A stretch of 64,000 bases of DNA from Octopus sinensis. Its lineage: Eukaryota. The notes beneath the pieces were generated by a model. The model saw nothing but the letters and a program-made list of their open reading frames with translations, ran no database searches and was not told the origin of the DNA. Of the stretch, positions 54,331-64,000 are shown one piece after another; the first letter of the stretch is position 1; the number at the start of each line of letters is the position of its first letter. The stretch lies in NCBI RefSeq assembly GCF_006345805.1, contig NC_043010.1, positions 53,878,001 to 53,942,000 on the forward strand. Reading direction: 5' to 3'. A program made the position numbers and the translations under genes.

Positions 54331-54392
54331 AATGCCTCGCGGCAGAAAGCAAATGCATTCCTTCAGTTCCAAACAAGAAGAAAACAAAATAA
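54331..54392 (+). CDS. candidate second coding exon (Cys-containing, basic C-terminus)
   Basis: Acceptor GCTTTGTTTTTTCCACATTTCTTAG. Phase-1 reading (E)CLAAESKCIPSVPNKKKTK*, followed by GTAACC. Confidence 0.35.
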
Positions 54393-54516
54393 GTAACCAT
54401 GTGAATCTTAAAACGAGATACCAAATAGCATACATTACTTTAAGCAATACAAACATATAGTCAAAAAAAAGTTTGCAGGCAAAGGTGCAGCTATTGTTAA
54501 TTTCAAAATAGTATTG

Positions 54517-54788
54517 ACACTCTTTTACTCTTTTACTTGTTTTAGTCATTTGACTGCGGCCATGCTGGAGCACTGCCTTTGCTCGAAACCAGGACTTATT
54601 ATTTGTAAGTCTAGTACTTATTCTATCGGTCGCTTTTGCCCAACCGCTAGAATAACGGGGTGTAAACCGCTAGGATACGGGGGCGATGTTGGGGGACAAA
54701 CACAGACACACAAGCATACAAACAGGGACTGAACCCGGAACCATGTGGTTGGTAAGCAAGTTACTTGCCACACAGTTAACCACTCCTA
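54517..54788 (-). mobile_element. SINE family A, internally deleted
   Basis: Tail joined to head with the middle module missing. Confidence 0.82.
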
Positions 54789-55560
54789 CACCTATATATA
54801 TATATATATATATATATACAGTGAGAGAGGGAGAGACAAATATACATGCACGTATATGCGTATGTATGCATATATGTATGTATGTATATATGCATGTATG
54901 TATGTATGTATGTATGTAACCTTCTGCCATCACAAGCATAGCCACGTACATTTGCATTTGTCAACTACGTTTTGTACACATTTCCAAAAAAGAATGATGG
55001 CTCTCATTTCATAAGCATCATTTCTAGAGTGCAATATCGCATTGATTAAGAGTATTTTTTAACATTATTGTGAATATCTGCATTTTGGTATATGAGCTCT
55101 TGGTATCCGCAACAGTTATCTTGGATCGTAAAAGAATAACCTGTAAATCAAAACATTAAATATTGGGAACTTGGAAATATTCACAATTCGGCATCCACAG
55201 TTCGACAATAACTTTTTTCTTGTATCGGCGGCATGTCAACAATTGCCTTCTATAACGACTTACATGTGTATTCGTGGAGACTCGGGGCATTGATGAATAC
55301 GAAGTCGAGTAACCTACATGCTGTCGCTGAGATACTGAAATTTAAGACACCCTGGGTTTCCAGCAAACAACTTTTGTGTCATATAGAACAGATTCCACCA
55401 TGGCACAAAGTACACAGAAAATTAGGTTGTTAAACATTCCTCCGTTTCTTGTCTTCTGATGTTATCTAGGTAATCGAGATTATTGTTTACTAGAAAAGCG
55501 TGTTAGATGTAGCCGTGTAGATCATCGACTGTGCAATTAAGATTGTTTTTCTCGATAATA

Positions 55561-55961
55561 GTGGCGCAGAAGTGGCTGTGTGGTAAGTAGCTTGCTAACC
55601 AACCACATGGTTCCGGGTTCAATCTCACTGCGTGGCATCTTGGGCAAGTGTCTTCTGCTACAGCCCCGGGCCGACCAATGCCTTGTGAGTGGATTTGGTA
55701 GACGGAAACTGAAAGAAGCCTGTCGTATATATGTATATATGTGTATATGTGTGTGTGTGTGTTTGTGTGTATGTGTTTGTCCCCCCAATATCGCTTGACA
55801 ACCAATGCTGGTGTGTTTACGACCCCGTCACTAGCGGTTCGGCAAAAGAGACCGATAGAATAAGTACTGGGCTTACAAAGAATAAGTCCCGGGATCGATT
55901 TGCTCGACTAAAGGCGGTGCTCCAGCATGGCCGCAGTCAAATGACTGAAACAAGTAAAAGA

Positions 55962-55972
<11 letters not shown>
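55561..55972 (+). mobile_element. SINE family A, full length
   Basis: Complete head, body and tail. Confidence 0.9.
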
Positions 55973-55998
<26 letters not shown>

Positions 55999-56313
55999 AT
56001 AATTTGGTGAAATGTACTATCAGGATTTAAATATAAAATGTGATGAGATGAGAATAAATAAGCTAAAGTATTTATTCACGATATTTAATTATTGCTGTTT
56101 TACTTCCATAATTACTCCATTGGCCTCGTTCTCATTAATACATGTTTAACATAAAATCACAACTTGCTATTACTCTCTTAATGACTTCAAAACATCTTAT
56201 ATACATGCATAACCATCTTAAAAACATGTCCACACAGACAAACATACACTCGCTCATGCATAGCATACGAAGAAGCGAGATATATGATGCACGCATTTAT
56301 ATATCAGTTCGTA

Positions 56314-56367
<54 letters not shown>

Positions 56368-56368
56368 A

Positions 56369-57188
56369 TTAATCAATATAGGGTGGCAAGGAAAATTTTG
56401 TAGAATTTTATTGCCACCAGCGGCCCAGCGGGAAAAAAATTAAATAGTCACAGACCATTTTTAAGTTCAACATTAACAATTAAGGAACGGCCATAATAGG
56501 CCATTCACCCACTAGAAATAACAGCCAAATATTCTACCGCAAATAAAGATTAATTCCGTAAACAGGAGAAAATTAAAAAAACATTTACCCTGTAATTTCT
56601 TGTACGGTATACCGTTTCATCCGCTGTTTAATGGTATACTAACCTGATTAAATTAAATCAAGCCAATCTTCCATAAGCCCTCGGATTCTTCAGCAAGGAA
56701 TAGTTCAAGACGGAACAGATATATACACGAGGCATACCCAATCTTGCCAAGTCAATATCTGACCTAAAATTTTCAAATCGTCGCACTCGCGCCAAATTTA
56801 TCGGCAGCAAATAAATATCAGCCGTCGATTCCATTACGGAATTAACCAAAAAATTCATAATTAATCAATATAGGGTGGCAAGGAAAATTTTGTAGAATTT
56901 TATTGCCACCAGCGGCCCAGCGGGAAAAAAATTAAATAGTCATAGACCATTTTTAAGTTCAACATTAACATTAAGGAACGGCCATAATAGGCCATTCACC
57001 CACTAGAAATAACAGCCAAAGCTTCTACCGCAAATAAAGATTAATTCCGTAAACAGGAGAAAATTAAAAAAACATTTACCCTGTTTTTTTAATTTTCTCC
57101 TGTTTACGGAATTAATCTTTATTTGCGGTAGAAGCTTTGGCTGTTATTTCTAGTGGGTGAATGGCCTATTATGGCCGTTCCTTAATTG

Positions 57189-57193
<5 letters not shown>
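56369..57193 (-). mobile_element. non-autonomous Penelope-like/retrozyme-like insertion: 492-nt unit, partial tandem copy and inverted segment
   Basis: Repeat starts at 56369 and 56861. The second copy stops at 57084, and 57082-57193 is its inversion. Both ends lie in (TA)n. Confidence 0.85.
56596..56700 (-). ncRNA. type I hammerhead ribozyme, intact core, long loop II
   Basis: cttg-CTGAAGA-ATCCG-[58 nt]-CGGAT-GAAA-C GGTATACC G-TA-caag. Stem I 4 bp, stem II 5 bp, palindromic stem III; predicted cut after GUA between 56603 and 56602. Confidence 0.85.
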
Positions 57194-57248
<55 letters not shown>

Positions 57249-57283
57249 TGTGTGTGTCTGTGTGTGTGTCAATATATGTATAT

Positions 57284-57376
<93 letters not shown>

Positions 57377-57989
57377 GGTATGTATATGTGTATATATAAA
57401 CGTATGCATGTATACATACAGAGAGAGAGAGAGGTCGATAGATTGATAGGTAGATGTATCTCCCATTTTTCTCTAAATATGAATGTGTGCGTGTATATAT
57501 ATGTGTCTGAGTGTGTGTGAGTGTATATATATATATCTTTTCTCCTTTTCTCGAAACGCATACACACGCACAAACACATATACATAGGCGTGCTCCAATA
57601 TGACGCGTGTATATGTGTTTCTATGCGCGTGTATGTTTTTTTGTGAACCTATATGTGTGTCTTTTGCCTATATATATGTATGTATGTATACACTCAGGGG
57701 CATACACATTCGAAATATCAATAACCAACCACGACTGTATTATAAAACGTGTTACTGATAAATCAGTTTTACATAAGTTTTGTTAACAGAGAAAATTTCG
57801 TTTTAACCTAATTTGCTTGTATAAAGTATTCTGAATCGTTACGCAGTAGAGCCATTTATATCTCCAACGTTTATTATATCAAAACATTGTTTTTTAATAT
57901 GGTGAGCGATGTTCTAAAATAAATTATAGGAAAACATTTAGTTATATTTCACACGGTTTCATGCGAATAATTACACTAATGTTCATCTC

Positions 57990-58207
57990 GGTTATCGATA
58001 TGCTGTGGTGTTATATTGCGTATGAATACGTAGATGTTTAGGTCTAAGTGGGTTCTGGTGTATGTCTGTGTCCGTGCGCGAATTTAAAGTAGGGAAACAG
58101 AGTATGAAGTAAGTAGTGAAAGAGAATAATGCGCAAACATGTTCTGTTTGTGGTTTTATGTATGAATGTGTATTTTTTGTATGTACGTAAGTGCATATGA
58201 ATGTGTG

Positions 58208-58293
<86 letters not shown>

Positions 58294-58479
58294 GTACATA
58301 TAGGTATGTATAAATGTATATGCATATATATGTATGTATATGTGTGCGTTTATGTACGTGTGTATGTATGTATATATATATATGTATAAGCATGTATATA
58401 TGTATATACATATATATGTATATTTGCGTGTATGTATATATGTAAATATGTATATATATATATACACACATATATATGC

Positions 58480-58525
<46 letters not shown>

Positions 58526-58950
58526 ATGTATATATGTATGTATATATATATATATATGTATGTACATATAAATGTATGTATAGGTGTATATACATATATA
58601 TGCATGCATGTATATATGTGTGTGTATGTATGTCTGTGTATATGTTTGTGTGTGGACATGTGGGCATGTATGCATATGAGTATGTATGTGTGTGTATCTA
58701 TTTATGCTTATATTTGCGAGTATTTATGTATGTATGTGGGCGTGTTTGTATGTATGTATGTATGTGTGCGTGTTTGTATGTATTTATGTATGCATGAATG
58801 AATGTATGTATGTATGTATGTATGTATGTATGTATGTATGTATGTATGTATGTATGTATGTATGTATGCATGAATGTACGTATGCATGTATGTATGTATG
58901 TATGTATGTACGTATGTATGTATGTATGAATGTATGTGTGTATGTATGTA
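57990..58950. repeat. mixed (TA)n/(TG)n/(TATG)n microsatellite region
   Basis: Direct reading. Confidence 0.95.
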
Positions 58951-59216
58951 GTGGAGAAATTTTGCAAGGGCTAAAATTGATAATAAATATTTTTATTTTT
59001 ATTTTTCATTTATATTTTATAATATTTTCAAGAAACGGAAATGAGATCAACAGCAAACCATTAATATTCTAGAAGATGATGACCGTGACGACGGTAATGA
59101 TGAGCGCATTGTTGATGCTGATCATACCAACTTTTACCAATTTCAACACATGGTCAGCAATTGTAAGAGAAGCGAGAAGTCGAGTATAATGACCCCAGTC
59201 TAAACTGGTGCTTATA

Positions 59217-60024
59217 TTGGGTTCTCCGGAAAGTTCGTGCCGATTTATAGTAGCTTACATTTTGACTTATGTTAGAACATGGTTGAGTCCATAAAATAGG
59301 ACTTGAAAACACCTCCATTTAGAGCATATGTTTCTTAATTACCCACAAGGGGCTAAACATAGAAGGGACAAACAAGGACAGAAAAATGGATTAAGTCGAT
59401 TACAACGACCCCAGTGCGTAACTGGTACTTAATTTATCGACCCCCGAAAGGATGAAAGGCAAAGTTGACCTCGGCGGAATTTGAACTCAGAACGTAGCGG
59501 CAGACGGAATAGGGCTACGCATTTCGCCTGGCGGGCTAAAGCTTCTGCCAGCTCGCCGCCTTAGAGCATAGTTTAAGCTATCTTTTCGTGCAAGAAGGTT
59601 TATGTTCCCATAACCTGTGTTAATTCTGTAACCGTTTGAAATGGAAGATTAGAAAGTTCATTTTCGGCGCTTGGTGCTTTGGGAACCAGACAAAAATTGC
59701 TGCAGCTCGGCTGGGATGTGTTACCCCACCCTCCATATTCACCAGATATTGCTCCTTCGGATTTCCACTTATTCAGGTCTCTGCAGAAAAGTCTTAATGG
59801 TAACAATTTCAATTCCTTGGATGACGTAAAATGATACCTTGATGAATTCTTTGCCATGAAACCACCTCAATTCTGGGAAGAGGGTATTTTCAAATCAAAG
59901 GAAAGATGGAGATGTATTGTGCAAGAAAATGGTTCATATTTGGTTGATTAAAAATGTAATGGCAAGTATTTATTGACCTTTTACTTTCCTTTAAAAATCG
60001 GCACGAACTTTCGGGATAACCCGA
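59217..60024 (+). mobile_element. mariner element, internally deleted, both TIRs and TA TSD intact
   Basis: TA|TTGGGTTCTCCGGAAAGTTCGTGCCGATTT...AAATCGGCACGAACTTTCGGGATAACCCGA|TA. Start MED*KVHFR at 59640 is joined to TRQKLLQLGWDVLPHPPYSPDIAPSDFHLFRSL..ERWRCIVQENGSYLVD*. Confidence 0.92.
59329..59560 (-). mobile_element. SINE family B nested in mariner, 10-bp TSD
   Basis: TTAGAGCATA at 59319-59328 and 59561-59570 flanks a full-length copy. Confidence 0.92.
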
Positions 60025-60200
60025 TATTTAGAAATTCTGAGACTCCATATCACAGATTACACAGTGGGAAAAAGTCCATCTCCGTCAAGTATTCTCAGGC
60101 ATTTATAGCTAGATTGAAATCAGTTATTACTACTACTACTACTACTACTTCTACCACCACCACCACCACACCACCACCACCACCACCACCACCACCACCA

Positions 60201-60238
<38 letters not shown>

Positions 60239-60242
60239 ATAT

Positions 60243-60445
60243 TGAAGGCGATGGTCTGGCAGAATGATTAATACGTCGTGCAAAACGCTTAGTAGTAATT
60301 CGTCTGTCGCTCTCTTCTGAGTACAAATTCTGCCGAGGTCGGTTGATAAATTAAGTACCAGTGAAACACTGGGGTAGATGTAATCGACTTAATCCCTTCC
60401 CCCAATTTTCATGCCTTGTGCCTACCGTGTAAAGCATTATTATTA
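60243..60445 (+). mobile_element. SINE family B-like copy with internal deletion; another head follows at about 60455
   Basis: AAGGCGATGGTCTGGCAGAAT..AATTCTGCCGAGGTCG..AAGTACCAG. Confidence 0.7.
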
Positions 60446-60575
60446 TTATCATTATTGAGGCGGCGAGCTGGAAAAAAACCTTAAGCAAATTGCAAAAGAA
60501 GGCAAAATGTTTAGCGGCTCGGAGCTGGTATTGAGCCAAAATTCGAAATCATTTTACTACTACTAATACTACTGC

Positions 60576-60629
<54 letters not shown>

Positions 60630-61136
60630 CAGTAGTAGTACCAATTATTGCCGATAATTATGAGTACAGTCCTACCGTGACGGGACAAAACGGACACCCA
60701 CTCAGCACCTATATTCATATGTATGAAATAATTATAACGCCAGTGCATATATAGTAGTAATCATAATATTTCTGCAGAAGAATACCAGAAATTGAAACAG
60801 TGGGAAACGTCATAGATATCTCAGAGGCGACACAAGCTTCGAATAACAGTTTGTGACGTTGACAGCTTCTGGTGAAATTAGGTTCAATGGACATTATTCA
60901 CTTTCTGTTTCCATCAATAACTTATTCGCTTCCCAACAGTACAATTCCGATGATTGAATCGTAACCATCTAATGAAAAGAAATAACAGATAAGGTACTAT
61001 ACTTAATATGAGAAAATTCTTCAATCTTCCTATATACGATATTGATTGTAGACACAGGCACGTGCGCATTTATACATATGCTCTCATATGCACATGTCTA
61101 TGTATGTATATGGATGAGTACAAGTATGTATGTATG

Positions 61137-61167
<31 letters not shown>

Positions 61168-61231
61168 GTAAATATATATATATATATATATATGTATATG
61201 TATATATATATGTATATATATATGTATATGT

Positions 61232-61265
<34 letters not shown>

Positions 61266-61312
61266 ATATGTATATGTATATATATATATGTATATGTGTA
61301 TATATATATATG

Positions 61313-61343
<31 letters not shown>

Positions 61344-61412
61344 GTATATGTATATATATATGTATATGTATATATATATATTGTATATATATATATATGT
61401 ATATATATATAT

Positions 61413-61444
<32 letters not shown>

Positions 61445-61459
61445 TAATATATATATATA

Positions 61460-61533
61460 CTCCGTCGAAACGGTGTCTTTAGTGGTTATAGAGTCCACGG
61501 TCGCTTCAGTCTGTCTTTTGTGTGATTATATAC

Positions 61534-61583
<50 letters not shown>

Positions 61584-61647
61584 TATATATATGTATGTAT
61601 ATATATATATATATTATATATATGTATATTATATATATATATATGTA

Positions 61648-61698
<51 letters not shown>

Positions 61699-61702
61699 TG
61701 TA

Positions 61703-61743
<41 letters not shown>

Positions 61744-61830
61744 GTATATATATATATATACTCCGTCGAAACGGTGTCTTTAGTGGTTATAGAGTCCACG
61801 GTCGCTTCAGTCTGTCTTTTGTGTGATTAT
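61460..61830 (+). repeat. 301-bp tandem duplication of a 70-bp unique island plus (TA)n
   Basis: CTCCGTCGAAACGGTGTC..GTGTGATTATA is identical at 61460 and 61761. Confidence 0.9.
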
Positions 61831-61834
61831 ATAC

Positions 61835-61866
<32 letters not shown>

Positions 61867-61889
61867 CTATATATATATATATATATATG

Positions 61890-61926
<37 letters not shown>

Positions 61927-62236
61927 TATATATATAATGACACAAAAGATTGACTGAAAGATTGGTAGAAATAAAATAAGCTATTTAGACACAGGCGTGT
62001 CACAGACAGAAACTGGAGTTGCATTATTAACACTGTTCAATTCCCCATTGATCATTTGCTATTCATTATTCCTTCTGTGAATGACGTAATTGCAAATACG
62101 TCATGGAAGCTGAAAGTTCAAGAGAAATTTTGACATGCTGAAAATACAAAGGGAAAGAAATTAACTTGCAAAAGTTTAATATTGGAATACATGAAAAATT
62201 TATGAATAATTCGTAAGTAACTGTTAGTCATTCGAA

Positions 62237-62283
<47 letters not shown>

Positions 62284-62284
62284 C

Positions 62285-62451
62285 TAAAACTTTTTATTAT
62301 ATTCTCTTCCTGTTTATTTCTGTGTTCGTTTCTTGTCGAGGAGCGTAAGTTCGAAACGTAAAAACACTTTCTCACTTCTCGAGTGTTAAAATAATACATC
62401 TGTTTGTAGTTTATACACCCGTCTTCATCTTTTGTATTTTATAAATTCCCG

Positions 62452-62452
<1 letters not shown>
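62285..62452 (+). mobile_element. Penelope-like 3' terminal fragment with decayed minimal hammerhead motif
   Basis: GTCGAG-GAGC-gtaa-GTTC-GAAACGTA-aaaac at 62335-62365; ends in (TA)n. Confidence 0.55.
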
Positions 62453-62524
<72 letters not shown>

Positions 62525-63175
62525 GAAGGAGAGAGAGAGAGAGAGAGAAAGCAATAAGAAAATGGAGGGGGATCAATAGCTGATATTCATCAACTTTTAA
62601 ACATTATATTATGTCAATTTATTTAATAAAAGGACAATTACAACACTATACATACATGTATAACATATTATGCTTTACATATATAATATATTAAATATAA
62701 AAATATCAGGAATTATTAAGATATATAACATAGAGCAATAGAAATATCTTACAGCTATTTCATATGTACAAATACCAATTTTTCGCGGTTGGAAAGTAAT
62801 TTAGCTCACTCGTGAAGATTTGAGCAAAATTCAGAATTACGATTTTGATTATAACGAGAGTCATACTGAAAAGGAAATGCTGACAGTTTCATTATTTCGA
62901 CTGTGGTTGTGTTGTGGCACAACCTCGAAAGATTTAGTGAAGCAAATCGACCAAACTACTCATTTCTTTTCAATTTGGCACTTATTCTGTCGGTCTCTAT
63001 ATAAGGTAAAGTGGAGAATTTGTATATTTTATTCCAAATGTAGCTCATCTCTACAAATGGTCAGATATATATATGTGTGTAGCATTGGGATATCCTAGTT
63101 TTACCTATATATATATATATATATATAACAATGATAAATCTCAGAGCGAGTTTTAAACAGTAGCGGTAACACATC

Positions 63176-63282
63176 GTGACGCATATTTGCCATTTGAATA
63201 TGGCTAACCCCTAAGGGGCTACAAACTACAGTAGCATCCACCCTTAGGGGTTAGCCATATTCAAATGGCAAATATGCGTCAC
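63176..63282. mobile_element. short fold-back element, perfect 42-bp inverted arms
   Basis: 63176-63217 is exactly complementary to 63241-63282. Confidence 0.88.
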
Positions 63283-63299
63283 TATATATATATATATAT

Positions 63300-63590
63300 A
63301 ATTTTACTTTTGTATTTGTTTCAGTAATTTGACTGCGGCAATGTTAGAGCACCGCCTTTAGCCGAACAGTCTTTGTAAGCTTAAGTTAAGTTAATTTTTG
63401 GGCTCAAAAAGCAAAAAGCAAGGCCATGTAGGGGGACATAGAGTTATGTACAGGGTGGTGTTCATACAAAGAGTTCAGGCCATTTGTGGTCAAGGGACAC
63501 TTTGAACCGAGCGGTCAGTAGCTATTCGATCGGTCCATTTTGCCGAATCGCTAAGTTACGGGGACGAGAACACGCCAACATCGGTTGTCA
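63300..63590 (-). mobile_element. SINE family A tail fragments split by about 140 bp of unrelated sequence
   Basis: TTTCAGTAATTTGACTGCGG..CACCGCCTTTAG (63318-63361) and TATTCGATCGGTC..CATCGGTTGTCAA (63522-63590). Confidence 0.65.
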
Positions 63591-64000
63591 ACTTACGAAA
63601 TAGAACGTTACATCGCTTCATTACTAATATAGATGCTAAATAACACTGACAGCAAAACGTTGATATCATTCACAGAAACCAACTGGCTTTATACGAGTCA
63701 ACGATGGATTCTGTAGCTGGATACGATACTTACTAGAAATAGTAGCTAATTATTTCAAGAATACCGTCTGAAGAAAGAATATATCGTTCTCGTTTCTTTG
63801 CAGACATGAATGAGGTGATGTGATCACGGCTGGAATGTTTTGCTTAATAGATATGCTCACTCCAGTTTATTAAAAAAAGTGAAATCATAACACTAATATC
63901 TGCTCACATTATTATGAATGCTGCGCCCTGATGTTGTGAACCATATGTACGCGTAATTAATAATTTCGTTGTTTTATTATTGAATTTCAGTCTAAGGCAC

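Noticed and set aside
53928-54460. Continuation of the 202-aa ORF beyond the signal-like segment
   Set aside because: Runs through (TA)n; interpreted as intron read-through.
60120-60240. Poly-Thr/Pro/His/Tyr and poly-Val/Trp ORFs
   Set aside because: (ACT)n/(ACC)n microsatellite.

Overview
AT-rich, repeat-saturated metazoan DNA, most likely an octopus intron or intergenic region. The taxon is inferred from the dense (TA)n/(TCTA)n/(TATG)n microsatellites and from recognising the tRNA-derived SINE families; it was not checked by search. There are no prokaryotic features, CRISPR arrays, rRNA genes or true tRNA genes. Most six-frame ORFs are microsatellite artefacts. Recognisable content: about 25 SINE copies from four families; three mariner relics; two Helitron derivatives; L1/Tx1-type LINE ORF1 and ORF2 relics; several MITE or fold-back elements; a 2.2-kb 22-bp minisatellite; and a candidate two-exon signal-peptide gene at 53.7-54.4 kb. 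The most interesting signal is a set of Penelope-like (PLE) terminal repeats sitting in (TA)n tracts. They carry type I hammerhead ribozyme folds with unusually long loop II (7.7, 26.6 and 56.6 kb), and two homologous copies show compensatory changes in all three stems. At 56.4-57.2 kb a 492-nt non-autonomous, retrozyme-like unit has its 5' end 9 nt from the predicted ribozyme cleavage site, followed by a snap-back inversion. Boundaries were read by eye and are approximate unless a TSD or terminus is quoted.
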